The notes beneath the pieces were generated by a model that saw only the letters and a list, made by a program, of their open reading frames with translations, was not told the origin of the DNA and searched no databases. A stretch of 64,000 nt of DNA, taken from NCBI GenBank assembly GCA_963811105.1, contig CAWEPZ010000013.1, forward strand, positions 64,001 through 128,000. The letters run 5' to 3'. Each line of letters starts with the position of its first letter. The stretch's first letter is position 1. This document shows positions 48,289-60,106 of this stretch, piece after piece. The stretch is from Candidatus Bathyarchaeota archaeon. Its GTDB lineage: Archaea > Thermoproteota > Bathyarchaeia > Bathyarchaeales > Bathycorpusculaceae. Made by a program: the position numbers and the translations under genes.

Positions 48289-49920
48289 TTAGCTCACTTT
48301 TGCTTTTCGGTATATCTGTTGTGGGTCTGAGAAGTAATCTAACACTAATTTGGAGACTTCTTCGTATGAGCGGAGGTGTTTTCTAACCATGTATTCGAGA
48401 ATTGTTTGTCTCATTTGTAGTTCTTGATCTATTTCTTCTTGGGAGTATCCCCATTGGGTTGCTATTCTGTCTAGTAACGGGCTTCTTCCTATCTTGATGT
48501 AGATGTCTTTTTCGACGTCCCATCTGAATATGTCTTGAATTTTGAAGTCGTTTTTTTCTCTGTCCCAACCGACCATTTCTGATACGCTTATTGTTCTTCT
48601 TAAGGAGACGTTGTTTACGACTAGTCTTCGGACGATTGAGATTGCGTTTAGGTTTTCAACTTGTGTTTGAGGGATGTTCATAGGTTTTGTTGTTAATCTG
48701 TGCAGGACACCTTGTACGTGTTCTGCGTGTATGGTTGTTAAGCCTAGGTGTCCGGTTGCCATGGCTTGGAATAGTGCGTATGCTTCTTCGCCACGTATTT
48801 CTCCAACGATGATGAAGTCTGGTCTTTGTCTTAGGGCGGCTCTTAGGAGGTCGAACATGCTGATGCTGCCAATTCCGGCTTCGCCTACTGCTCCTGCGCC
48901 TGTGCCTAATCCTTGTCTTGTGACCATCATTTCCCAGTTTTGATGGGGTAAGCGTATTTCTTGTGTGTCTTCTATGCTGACAATTTTTAGGGTTGGTCTA
49001 ATGAATAGGCTGATGGCGTTGAGCATTGAAGTTTTTCCTCCACCGATGTCGCCGCCGATCATAACTGAGTGCCTGTTTTCTATTAAAAACCAGTAATAAG
49101 CTGCGATTTCGGGTGAGAGAGCCTTGTATATTATTAAGTCGATGATAGTGAGAGGGGTCTTTTTGAATTTTCTGATTGTGAAGGTGCTGCCTTTGGGTGT
49201 CACTTCTGTTCCATATGTTACTTGGGCTCTGCTGCCATCTGATAGTGTTCCGTCGAGGATTGGTTGTGCGATGGATATATGTCTGCCACAAAGGTAGGCA
49301 AGTTTGAAAACGAAGTTTTCTAGTTCCTGCTCAGTTTCGAATATTACGTTTGAAGGTATGGATTCGTATTTTCTGTGCCAAACAAATATTGGCGAGTTAG
49401 TGCCATCGCAAGAGACATCCTCAATGTTTTCGTCTTTCATTATGCCATCTATTTTTCCAAACCCTAAGAAATCTCGGGTAATATAATATTGATATTTGCT
49501 AAGTGTGTTGGCATCTACATTTATGCGGTATTTTATTGCCGTATTCAAAATTTTGTATTTTAAGAATTCTTCTGCTTCAACTCCGTTTTTAAAAGTTTTT
49601 GTGTTAATTGAAAGCTCATCCCAGAGAATATTTTTTAGCTCACCTAGCAATTGTTTATCCAATTCTGTTAATGTTGGCTCAAGAAGAGAATATTTTAATT
49701 CTTTTTTTTCGTCTTCAACAATTGCGGCATATGAGAATGGAAGTAAAAGAGGATAATGTTCTTTGTATGTTTCAGAAATATCTGAACCCACCGCAGTGTC
49801 AATGTGAGCTTCCACAGCAGGACCAGGCATAGTCTCATCTATGACAGAAGCATTCTCCGTTGGTAATTGTGATAGCTTGGATTTTTTTTCGCGTTTCCAC
49901 ATCTTCAATTTAGCAGCCAC
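48289..49920 (-). CDS. Type IV pilus assembly ATPase (FlaI/TadA/VirB11 family)
   Basis: IEDVSCDG, FTIRKF, GGGKTS, SIEDTQE, LRQRPD.IIVGEIRG.EA, ATGH, TIHA. Confidence 0.95.
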   Translation of the reverse strand: MAAKLKMWKREKKSKLSQLPTENASVIDETMPGPAVEAHIDTAVGSDISETYKEHYPLLLPFSYAAIVEDEKKELKYSLLEPTLTELDKQLLGELKNILWDELSINTKTFKNGVEAEEFLKYKILNTAIKYRINVDANTLSKYQYYITRDFLGFGKIDGIMKDENIEDVSCDGTNSPIFVWHRKYESIPSNVIFETEQELENFVFKLAYLCGRHISIAQPILDGTLSDGSRAQVTYGTEVTPKGSTFTIRKFKKTPLTIIDLIIYKALSPEIAAYYWFLIENRHSVMIGGDIGGGKTSMLNAISLFIRPTLKIVSIEDTQEIRLPHQNWEMMVTRQGLGTGAGAVGEAGIGSISMFDLLRAALRQRPDFIIVGEIRGEEAYALFQAMATGHLGLTTIHAEHVQGVLHRLTTKPMNIPQTQVENLNAISIVRRLVVNNVSLRRTISVSEMVGWDREKNDFKIQDIFRWDVEKDIYIKIGRSPLLDRIATQWGYSQEEIDQELQMRQTILEYMVRKHLRSYEEVSKLVLDYFSDPQQIYRKAKVS

Positions 49921-50328
49921 ATCTTTAATTCCTTAAGAGTCAATATAAACCATGTTAACTCCAAATTCACTATTATCAGGAGGCACACTATTGATTTTTA
50001 TTCTCCTTCCAAGAGTCAGTAAAGAAGCCAAAGAGTGAAATCTTCAGAAAAATCGAAATAAGAGCTGCAAACGTTTATTTCATATTGACAGGAGAAAAAT
50101 GCTGCGAAGCAAGCCTCAAATCGGCACTAGTAAGAAAAACGAAATGTATTGTTAGATTTGATTCAGGTTCTTTTTTGTTATTAGCCTACATACGTAATAA
50201 CACTTTTTCTGAGCGAAATCAACCGAGGCATTTCTTGTGTTGCATGTGATATAAAAGATGATGCTTGTATGCATTCTGTAAAAACGATATTACAAAAAAG
50301 AAAGCTAATGCTTATGAAGTTCGTGCTA

Positions 50329-53300
50329 TTATGGTGCTACCAAACAGACCGAGTCAATTTGCCAAGTTGATTGAACGATGTCGTTGGTTGTTGTGCCATC
50401 GGTGAATCTAAGCTCGTAGGTAGAGCTTGTAAGAGTAACAGAGAATGTATTTAGACTACTGGCAGTTAATATACCCAGATTAGCCCAGATAGCTCCATTC
50501 CAATAATTGACTGTTATGGTTTCTGAGGGGCTGCTAAATGTGCCTGTTTGTATCTGAAGCTGAGTGTAGGATGCAAAGTTACTTACACTTGAGAATTGAA
50601 CCTCTGAGTCGAGTTGGTAGTTTCCTCTGTTAACGGTAGCGTAGAATGCACGGTAGTTTACTGTACCGCTGGACGCGTCTGTTGGGTCTGATGGGGTGGT
50701 GTAGCTGTTTGTAACGTCAGATATGCTAATGCCACCACTTGATGCGACATAGTAGAGCCTAAACGTATTGCTTTGTGAGATTATCAAGATCTCATAAGTT
50801 GAACCCGCGGTAATTGTTGGGGGGGTAGTGAAGGTAGCTGTTCTAGACTGCTCAGTGGTGCTGCATGATACGGTATTGCTTATGCCGTTTGCTAAGATGT
50901 GCCCCGTGCTATCAGTTATTATTACTTTTACGTTGAATGTCCCAAATGATGTTCTGCCATAAAAAGTGACGCTTGCCACACTTATTGCGTTGGCGGGTGC
51001 TGTGAAAGCTTGTCCTGCTATATCGTCTATGGCTATTGCGGTGTACAATGTGCCTATGTTGGTAGTTGTTCCCATCGTAGTTGTCGTTGGAATAGTATTG
51101 GCTTCTGTTAATGTATTATAAACCCCGTCAGGTCCAGCCTGCATCGCTACTAGACTGCTGTAAGTTCCAACGTTAATGTCGTGGAGTGCGTTGGCTGTAT
51201 CAACGTAGTGTGGGGCGTACTTCACCGTCAAAGATGTCGTAGTAGTCTTGCCTGAATAAGCGGCTTGAATAGTATAGGTACCAGCAGTGTGCGAAGTGTA
51301 AACATTGCTCGACCATGAGCCACCGTCGCCGCCAGCTGGAATACTCCAAGTTGCCAAAGTACTGACAGCCCAAGTGTTACCATAGACGTCATAAGCAGTA
51401 GCTGTACCAGTCGCCGTAGCCGGAGCCACAACGGTAGTCGGACTCACAGAATCGGTTATGTGATCCACCGCCGAAGCATGAGCCACCGTAAACGAGTTAC
51501 TCGTACCAGTGTTGGTGCCATCAGTAGCCGTAATCGTAACGCTTGAACCAGCAAGAGAAACCGTAACTGAAGTCGACCCTACACCGCTAACGAAAGCATT
51601 CATAATGCCAGGATTAATTGACCCAGCAGAATACGTCAAAGACGGCATTCCAATGTAGCCTGTAACAGTGTTCCCAAATGCGTCTTGAGCAGTAACCGTT
51701 AAACTGAAAGCCGATCCACCAATCTGAGCTCCAACTGAATTAAAGATAAAGTGGTCTAGTGCTGCTGGATTCACAGTGATCCCAGTACTCACAGCTGACC
51801 TCGTGGCATCAGTCACAGTAATCGTTCGTGAACCCACAGTCTTAAGCGTAAACCCAGCGAAAACATGCACACCAAGATCTCCACTCAAAAACGTATACCT
51901 ACTACCCGAAGTATAAGGCAAAACAGCAACACCATCAGTCGACGTAAAGTAAACAGTACTAGTGAAGTCAGTCTTGATGTTACCATATATATCATTAGCC
52001 GTGACAACTACGCCGCCAAAGCTTGCACCCGCCGCCACCGAACTAGGATACCCAGTTACAGTGAAACTCGCAATCGCCGCAGGATTCACCGTGATCCCAG
52101 TCTGAGAACCAGTAATCAAACCAGTCGCCGTATCAGTAGCAGTAATCGACCGTGTAACAGTAGTCTTCAAAGTCACAGTAAACGAAGAAGTACCACTCGC
52201 CAACGCGTGATCAACCGGAAGCACAGCCGCACTATCACTAGACGTAATATGAACCGTTCCAACGTAACTCGTAACTGTATTTCCATACGGATCCTTAGCT
52301 GTAACCGTAACAGTGCCAGCAGTGCCAGCCACAACAGGATTAGTAAAACCAGAAACCACAAAGTGATCAACAGAAGCAAAACCTACAGCAATAGATCCAC
52401 TGAGAAGAGACACTGAACCATCAGTCACAGTAATAGTCTTAGAACCACCAGCAACAGTTTTCAAAGCAAACCCAGAGAACGTATGAACACCATTATCCAA
52501 CCCAGAACCAGAAGTAAACAGATACTTACCAACAGAAGTGAAAGGCAAAACAGCCGCACCATCAGTAGATGTAAAGTAAACTTGGCCAGTATAGTCAGTT
52601 TTAACATTATTGTTAGCATCATAAGCAGTAACCACAACGTTGCCAAACACTTGACCAGCAATAACTGAAGCAGGAAGACCAGCCATCGTGAAGTGGTGAA
52701 TAACACCAGGATTCACAGTGAACGCATTACTTGTACCAGACTTGACTGGAGCGCCTCCAGCAGTGCCGATAGTAACACTCGGGCCTGCCCCTGCCAATGT
52801 TACCGAAATTGTCTTAGTACCGCTAGCAAAGTTCCCTGTTGTAGTTGGATTAATTGTTCCAGTTGAAACCGTTAATCCATTTGAGCTTACATAAGAAGTA
52901 ACTGTATTTTCATATGCGTCTTTAGCAGTAATCGTAATGCTAAAGGCTGTACCTGCAACCTGAGAACCACTAATACTGTTAAATATGAAGTGCTCCAAGG
53001 TAGCAGGATTCACAACGATGGTAGTACTATTAGATTTAGTTCCATCAGTAACTGTGAGAATTTCAGAACCCGCCGTCTTTAGCGTAAAACCAGATCCAGC
53101 AAATGTGTGAACACCAACATCATTCGTCGTAAATGTGTACATGCTTGTAAAAGTGTTGGGCAAGAGAGCTTGACTATCTGAAGATGAGAAGTATACTTGG
53201 CCAACGTAGCCCTTAAGCACGTAGCTATCGGCGTCGTAAGCAATGACTACTAAGTTATTTGAAGCAAAATTCTGACCTGCGTTTGCGGAGGACGGATAAC

Positions 53301-55331
53301 CGTCTAAATTGAAATGGTCGAGAGCAACTATTTTGAAACTGCAGTTGCCAACATTTCCGCTATCATCTGTAACATTTACGGATTTGATACCTAAGCTTGG
53401 AGATTGTGCAGTGAAAAATAGATTAGAGAAGGAACCAGTAACATTGGTAGATGGGTTTCCTGAAATAGTAACCGCAATTCCTTCAAATGTCACTATGAGG
53501 TTTGACTGAGCAGCAAATCCCTGTCCAGATATTGAAACTTGAGTACCAGTAACACCGCGTGTAGGTGTGATAGAAATTGTAGGGGTTACAACGAAATTAG
53601 TATTTACAGAATTTGCTCCGTCATTCGCTAAAACTGTTCTATTGCCTGCTGCAACAGGAGGAATAACAAAAGTTGCAGAATAACTTCCAGTGGCAGTTGC
53701 AGTCACAATAGAAGGATTGGTTATTACAGGATTTCCATCAAAATTGATAGCTATTATGGAATTATCAATAAAGTTTGAACCTGTTACAGTGACCACAGTT
53801 CCAACCGGACCAATCTGGGGAGTCATATTTATGCTGGAGGTTGTTACAGTGAAATTAGCTGAAGCATAATTGAATTTGTTATCTATAATGTTAACTGTTT
53901 TGAGTCCTGCTGTTGAACCTTGAGGGACAGTGAAGGTAGCTCCTAGATGGGATATTTCCCGTGCCATCAGCTAGTGAAGCTAAAAGGAACTTGTGCACCA
54001 TCAAATGTAGCTATGAGCCGGGAGTTGGCGGCAAAACCACCCCCAGAAACCGTAACTGGCTGACCAATTGGACCACTGCTAGGTGAAAGACTCATAGGAG
54101 CGTACTGGAGGTGTTACAACCAATTTCACTGCGTCTACTATGATAGCCCAATGGTCTGTTAGAAGGTAAAAGTGCAATTTACTGGCAAGTTGAGTGTTGG
54201 TTTTCCGTTATGAGCCTAGTTTCACCCAGACTGATCGGGGATAGAGTCGGGTCGTCCTGCGGCGCCCACGTAACTTGTGCCAGGCAAAATTTGTGCGAAA
54301 CCTGCACCTGGAGTTATTGTGGGGGTAAGCGAATCAATTTCAAATGCACCTATTACTAAATTCATTAGGAGTAATTGCGTGTTAATTGTATCTTGGGCTG
54401 GACTGGATGGGCCTGTATCGATAATTGGTCCTGAATTGTCAAATGGGGAAGCAACATTGACATCGCTGATTGCAAAAGCAATTGCCGCCCAATAATAATC
54501 GACATTAATTCAGTGCCACGTTACAGTAGAGGGTGATGTGTTATTGTTCCACCTGTGTGCATAAAGGCATAGAAGGTCTTCAATATGGCGTCCCCGCTAT
54601 ACAGACTTGGATCTGATATGGTCCGTTGAAAGATATTCCTTGTTTGCCAGTTCAGGATAGGGGTTGAGGTGGGGAGTATAGAGTATTTCCGTCATCGAAT
54701 GCGACGATCAAATAGATTAGGTCATTCGGTTTAGAAGAGTTAAGATACAACGTTACGGCGTTAGTGATCGTCAGCGAAATTGGAATTTTGTCAGCTACCT
54801 AGGAAAAGCCCCGATGAGTGATATGCCGATAAACTGATTGATCAGGGGTAAGCTGAAATGAGGTTTCCTCTCGTTGTTACAAACCAAAAGCTAAACTGAT
54901 CATAAGATGACAGCGTTTAAACAGGAGACGGAGTTGAAGTATTTAGTGCTGCTTCCGGGTTGAAGGATAAGTGATGGACGTCAATGTCATGTTACCAATC
55001 GTATTATTCGTTAAATCTTTAATCCATAAACGTACCAATTCAGTAGGAAGCGTACCATTGTTTGTGATATCGCAGAGTAAGTAAACTTATTGTTTAACAC
55101 AGCTGTTTCAGGGTTCGCAATGGATACGGTTTGGAGTTCTGTGTAGCGATCCAAATCCAGCTGTTTTGCTTGTATTGTTGTCTGTTCTAGACCGGTGTTT
55201 TGACTGAGAATAATGACAAAGCTTGCAAAAACAACCATGACTATAAGTAGGAAAAATACCATTCCGAATACTGTACCGATTCCCTTCTTGTTTCTTTGAA
55301 AATTATGGCGTAAAATCATAGTCAAAAACAC
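50329..55331 (-). pseudogene. Giant pilin-like adhesin (class III signal, IPT/TIG and Ig-like repeats); 5' ~1.1 kb broken by several frameshifts; open 1212-aa ORF at 50329-53967
   Basis: N-terminus NKKG|IGTVFGMVFFLL (55011-55331); frame-broken SLSPSSGPIGQPVTVSGGGF at ~54000-54100 continues into the long ORF; repeated LDHF...VTAxDxYxN...YxGxVxFxSxD. Confidence 0.75.
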
Positions 55332-55854
55332 CCCCGCTTTTAGTTATTAAGTGAATAGTGTAAATTGAACCTGATGAAAGAGAGATGCCTTTTCCTGATA
55401 TGTCCTTCCATAATGTGAAGTAGCATTCTTTCCCAACATTCAGACTCGAGATTGTTGGTATCGGTACCCCCGAATTAATTGGTTTTAATGCAGATATCGA
55501 ATCAGTAGAATTCGCCGAGTACACTCCAACAAGGTTATAACTTGAATTGTAGAGGAATACAGAGTTGATTTGTATGTTATTTGCGCTTCCGCAATTAATT
55601 ATGTAAACAGTCAATTTCGATGAAGATGAATCATAACCTACGTTTTCAAAGCCTATTCTCTCTCCTATTGCTTGTTGACTGTCAGCCAAAGAGCTAGAAT
55701 AATTATTTGTAGCGGTTGTAGTGAGATTACTCGCATAGTAATAGGTAACTGAACCAAAAACGATTATTATCGTGGCTAACAAAACGGTTGCAAATATCGG
55801 ACTAAGCGCACGCTTATTACTTGACCAATTACCAAATTTTCTCAAATACGGCAC
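55303..55854 (-). CDS. Minor type IV pilin
   Basis: Class III signal NKRA|LSPIFATVLLATIIIVFG; ERIGFENV; LITKSG. Confidence 0.85.
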   Translation of the reverse strand: MPYLRKFGNWSSNKRALSPIFATVLLATIIIVFGSVTYYYASNLTTTATNNYSSSLADSQQAIGERIGFENVGYDSSSSKLTVYIINCGSANNIQINSVFLYNSSYNLVGVYSANSTDSISALKPINSGVPIPTISSLNVGKECYFTLWKDISGKGISLSSGSIYTIHLITKSGGVFDYDFTP

Positions 55855-55955
55855 CTATCAATTTACCTTGGATTTTCCATTTTGATGTACTGCGATATAG
55901 CTGAAACTTTATTTTTTGTTTTTCCGGCATTTCATTTAGAGAGTTTGCTAATAAA

Positions 55956-56260
55956 CTATGTTTCTTCTGGTACTGGTACTATTTCGTCTGTTCCATCCTT
56001 TCTTTCGAAGTCTGTTACTTTTCGTCTGCTACTTAATGGATTTATTATTGGAATGGGCTTTCGTGACACAACTTCAAAGGCATAAAGAGCCCTATCTGTT
56101 CCCCATCCATTCATTAGTTTCCTGTCTTTGAAAGAAGACATCCTGAATTTCAACTTCTTCAATGATTTTGCAATCTTTAAGTGCTAAATCGCATTTGTGA
56201 GCATCAAAGTCTTTAGCGAAATATTTTTCTGCTATGAGAACATTTAAGAATCAAACCGAA
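55956..56260 (-). pseudogene. Degraded hypothetical gene between the pilin genes
   Basis: Fragments AKDFDAHKCDLALKDCKII and KLMNGWGTDRALYAFEVV in different frames. Confidence 0.3.
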
Positions 56261-56504
56261 CCAAGCTCTTCTATCTCGCTTTTTCCCTTCTGGTTATCGG
56301 GAAAAAGACCACTCCCCTATTATTTTCATATTTTCAGCTACTACCTTCGAGTCAAGACTTATCAAATGGAAATTCGCTGTCTTATTCGAATTAGAGTTGC
56401 TATTAGTTGAGGATCACATGGCTTCTTTGGATGGCAAAATTGAAGCTTAGCATATTCCAGATACAGAAACTAATCATAGATAAGACTTTGAATTATCTTC
56501 TGAA

Positions 56505-56547
56505 AAACTAAACAAAAAAGAAATAAAGTTTAGCGGAAAAACCGCTT
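56505..56547 (-). terminator. Hairpin plus T-tract downstream of the major pilin gene
   Basis: AGCGG/CCGCT stem (56532-56546) followed by T-rich sequence on the minus strand. Confidence 0.55.
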
Positions 56548-56549
56548 AT

Positions 56550-57020
56550 TTAGACTGTAAAGCTTGGTGAGATGAAGTTACCGCCTGCGCTAGTAACCAA
56601 TGTTGCTGTGTAAGTTCCAGCAGTCAACGTAGTTGAGCCAGTTATAGTGTATAATGTTCCCTGAACCATGGCACCTACTGGGCTTGGAGCTGGAGAAGCT
56701 GGGGCTGTAATTGCCGCTGTAACAGTTGCAACTGTGTTTCCTTGCGCGTTCTTTATTATTAGGCTGTTAACAATCGGGGTAGGTCCTCCAGTGCATTGAG
56801 CATAAACAGTAACAGTTCCAGAGGTTCCGGTAGTATATTGTGCTGCTTGTATCGAAATTTTCTCTTGTGCTGCGCCTCCGCCTCCAGTCATGGTTGCTAA
56901 TGTCCCGCTTGTAAACATGTAAACGACTACACCAGCGATAACTGCAATAGCAATGAGAATAAGAGTTGCGAAAATTGGTGAAATAGCTTTCGAATTCTTC
57001 ATAAATTTCCTGAAATTCAT
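56550..57020 (-). CDS. Major type IV pilin
   Basis: KNSKA|ISPIFATLILIAIAVIAGVVVY; GGAGGTG RBS; own terminator; Thr/Ala/Gly-rich globular domain. Confidence 0.9.
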   Translation of the reverse strand: MNFRKFMKNSKAISPIFATLILIAIAVIAGVVVYMFTSGTLATMTGGGGAAQEKISIQAAQYTTGTSGTVTVYAQCTGGPTPIVNSLIIKNAQGNTVATVTAAITAPASPAPSPVGAMVQGTLYTITGSTTLTAGTYTATLVTSAGGNFISPSFTV

Positions 57021-57454
57021 TTTTTTCTTTACACCTCCTCATAGATCTAGTGTGTGACATTCAATTCCGAGCGTTTGCTTATAAACTGCGTTTCTTACCA
57101 ATACATATTGCAAATTCAGATATTTTACAGGTCAACGTAATGGAATCAAAAAGATTAGCTTTGATCTATTTGGCAATATATTTGGTAAAAAGAAGACACT
57201 CCCAACCGAATGGAAAGCGAAAGCTGCAGTTTTGAAAATATTTGTTGAATAGTTAAATCTAAAATGTGTGCATGCCCCTGCGAATTTCTTAGATAGACAA
57301 AATACACGTGTATCTATTCATTTTTAATGCATTTATTCATGGAAAAAGGGGAAAAGGAAAAAAATAAGATGCTGCGTTTAAATTCCGAGTCGCAAAATAG
57401 CAGCTTAACTAACTACAAAAGAAAAAAAAGGGAAGAGATTGTTTTTTCTTGACT

Positions 57455-60106
57455 TTATCTTTTTCGTAGAATGAGTACGCCCACTATTGCTATGGCGATA
57501 ATTATAGCTATGACACCTACTGCGATGGCGCTCATTATTGGCGTGTTATCAACTTCCAAGGCCACTGTTGATGAGGTAGGGCTATTTGTTGGCGCTGCTC
57601 CAATTGATATTGCTGTTGCTGCTCCGGAACTGCCGTAGGAATCATCGCCTTGAAAACTAGCGATTATCTGATAAGTTCCTTCCAAGTCTGGTGTCCATTC
57701 TTTGGCAAACGTGCCATAGTAACCGTTGGTTGTTGCAGTGCCAATGTTTATTGCGTTGTTGTTTGGATCAATAGCGGTAAGTACTACTGGAACTCCAGTT
57801 ATTGTTTCGTTGTGCCATATGCCATCAATTGGCAATTGTACGTGGATATGTTCCATTTGAAGGGCCATCGAATCCTTGGAGACACATGGCGTGTTAGGCT
57901 GCGCAGGCGATAGGTCCATCACTGTGCCTTTTATGACTACGCCGGTTCCTTTTGGTACAACAACGTCTGGTGCTGTTACTGTAGTGGCGCTTTTGCCCTT
58001 GCCGAAAACATATGTATAACCGTCGCTTCCGCCAAGCGCCAAGTATCCGTCTGCAACTGGGCCCACATCGGTGGTGTGTTTAGAGCCGCCTCCTGGTATG
58101 CCTACTTTCCAAAGGTCTTCACCTGTTGTGGCGTTGACGCAGTGCATTTGCCAGCCTCGTGTAATAGGTACGCTGGCTGAGTGTTCAGTGTTGTAGAAGT
58201 AGTATTTTCCATCAGCGATTGCGCCTCCAACGTTTGTTGAATAGACTGTTGTGCCATTAGCGTCAGTGTATGGAGTTTCGTATGGGGCTGCAGCTACTGA
58301 ACTATACCTCCAAGCTATGTTGCCGGTATTCCAGTCGAAAGCGTAGACTCCGCCATAGCCATTTCGGAATAGCAAGCCGTATGCCGATAGTACGTTGTAG
58401 CCTCCAAAACCTGGATCATCCCATGGATAACCCATCTTTTGACTCTTCCATACTAACGCGCCTGTGTTGATGTTTAATGCGGTAAAGTAGCCTTGTTCTG
58501 AGAGCATGGCGAATTTGCCGTGGTCAGCATAATCGGTGCTTGAACTGTATTCCCATTCGTCAAGCGAAACGTTCCATATCTGCTTGCCTGTTGCCAAACT
58601 GGCTGCCATGACATTAGTTTTGTATGGTGCTCCACCAATGAATGTTTTTGATGTCAGAATAGCCACGCCTGCTTGGTAATCGGTGATTTCGGGGAAGCTG
58701 TTCCAGGGCCAAGTGATGTTGCTGGCGATTCTTGTTGAGAATGTGTTTGAGGTCCCAAATGTGGTCCAGTTAATTAAGCGGTAACGTTGGTCCGCTGAGA
58801 CTGAGGCGCCAAGGTCTTGAAGCCCCATGACATACCCATTCATGTAGTATATGTTGGTGCCAGTCATTGGTGCAATCGAGTAGTTGCCAACCATTGCTCC
58901 AGTCCATGGGTCATACTTTCTTAGGAAGCCATTACCGATAGATAGGAAATTCACCGATGTCAAGTGTTGGGCTACGCCAGCTACTTCTCCTCCGGGTAGT
59001 AGACCTTGGTTGAAGTACTCAATAACTGTTGGTGCTGATTCACCTGCCTCTAAGGGTCTTTGCCATATCAACTCACCTGTCCGAAAATCATTACATCGCC
59101 AGTAGGGTATCGCTGTTTTGCCAGTACCAGGTTGCGATACGTCTTTGCCAGCATAAGAATCATAGCCATTGTAAGTGTAGGCTCTTCCAGAATATACTAT
59201 CGTTGGAAAACGTCCAACTCCGCTACCTGAGAATAGTGTTACGTCTGCAATTTCTGTCCCATAGTCTCCGCCGGCGATGCCGCCTATAGCAAACTGTTGT
59301 TTCCAAGCTACATGTGCACTGTTTGGTCCTTGAACCCAGGGGGTGAAGGTGCCTCTCCAAGGACCGCCCATGCCGCTAACCTGGTATCCGCCCCAATATG
59401 GATTGGTATTAGGGTAAAGAAGATCCCACATGGGACCGCCGCTGGGACCACGCCATGGGAAGTTTCCTGCGATTGGCCACCATTCTCTGTAATCATAGGA
59501 TACGGGTCGTGTCCAATAGTCGGTTGGAAGTGGCATTGAGGGGTAAGACTGAACCAAGTCTTGCTGGACAGTTATGTTCATTACTGGGCTTGTTGAAGGA
59601 CTGTAGTATACGGCGTCAGTGTAGACTGTTCCTCCTGTCGTTGCGGTTATGATTTGTCCGTTAAGGTATCTGCCTGCTGGGAAATACATTCCTGTGAAGT
59701 CGAACTTGAAGCTCCATGTGCCTACTTGGTCAGGGGTACGTTCGAACCATGTTGTTCCGTCTGCTGGATAGGAATCTTTTGTGACTACTTCGGTGGTTCC
59801 GTCTGGTTTTGTGATTGTTACTTTCAGGTCTTTGAAGACGCGTTCTGCGTTTGGCGCTGGCACTGGAAACAGGTTCACCATGAATTGCTGGCCAAGACCT
59901 AAAGTTGTTGGTCTTATACTGATGTAGGCAACGGTAGCAACTGTGAAGTTAACAGTAGCACCTGAAGGTAAAGGTCCGCTGACTGGTTGTATCGCTGCAG
60001 CTTGGGCTTTTGTTTGTACGCTTAGGAAGGGGATTGCAGAAGTCATCATGAGTATTAACATTGCGATTACTAGAGTGTCCTTTCGGTTTCCTTTCAATAA
60101 TTGCAT
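57455..60106 (-). CDS. PQQ-binding-like beta-propeller surface protein with C-terminal TM anchor
   Basis: Signal peptide; repeated ...TG..(L/I)W motifs; ADG; DGYTYVFGKG; TM helix plus RKR. Confidence 0.85.
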   Translation of the reverse strand: MQLLKGNRKDTLVIAMLILMMTSAIPFLSVQTKAQAAAIQPVSGPLPSGATVNFTVATVAYISIRPTTLGLGQQFMVNLFPVPAPNAERVFKDLKVTITKPDGTTEVVTKDSYPADGTTWFERTPDQVGTWSFKFDFTGMYFPAGRYLNGQIITATTGGTVYTDAVYYSPSTSPVMNITVQQDLVQSYPSMPLPTDYWTRPVSYDYREWWPIAGNFPWRGPSGGPMWDLLYPNTNPYWGGYQVSGMGGPWRGTFTPWVQGPNSAHVAWKQQFAIGGIAGGDYGTEIADVTLFSGSGVGRFPTIVYSGRAYTYNGYDSYAGKDVSQPGTGKTAIPYWRCNDFRTGELIWQRPLEAGESAPTVIEYFNQGLLPGGEVAGVAQHLTSVNFLSIGNGFLRKYDPWTGAMVGNYSIAPMTGTNIYYMNGYVMGLQDLGASVSADQRYRLINWTTFGTSNTFSTRIASNITWPWNSFPEITDYQAGVAILTSKTFIGGAPYKTNVMAASLATGKQIWNVSLDEWEYSSSTDYADHGKFAMLSEQGYFTALNINTGALVWKSQKMGYPWDDPGFGGYNVLSAYGLLFRNGYGGVYAFDWNTGNIAWRYSSVAAAPYETPYTDANGTTVYSTNVGGAIADGKYYFYNTEHSASVPITRGWQMHCVNATTGEDLWKVGIPGGGSKHTTDVGPVADGYLALGGSDGYTYVFGKGKSATTVTAPDVVVPKGTGVVIKGTVMDLSPAQPNTPCVSKDSMALQMEHIHVQLPIDGIWHNETITGVPVVLTAIDPNNNAINIGTATTNGYYGTFAKEWTPDLEGTYQIIASFQGDDSYGSSGAATAISIGAAPTNSPTSSTVALEVDNTPIMSAIAVGVIAIIIAIAIVGVLILRKR

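Noticed and set aside
51865-52416. 183-aa Arg/Ser-rich + strand ORF
   Set aside because: Antisense artefact of the skewed codon block in the adhesin
46573-57020. Archaellum operon
   Set aside because: No ArlH/ArlF/ArlG or full-length ArlJ; two short T2SSF genes and pilin-type subunits indicate an adhesive type IV pilus
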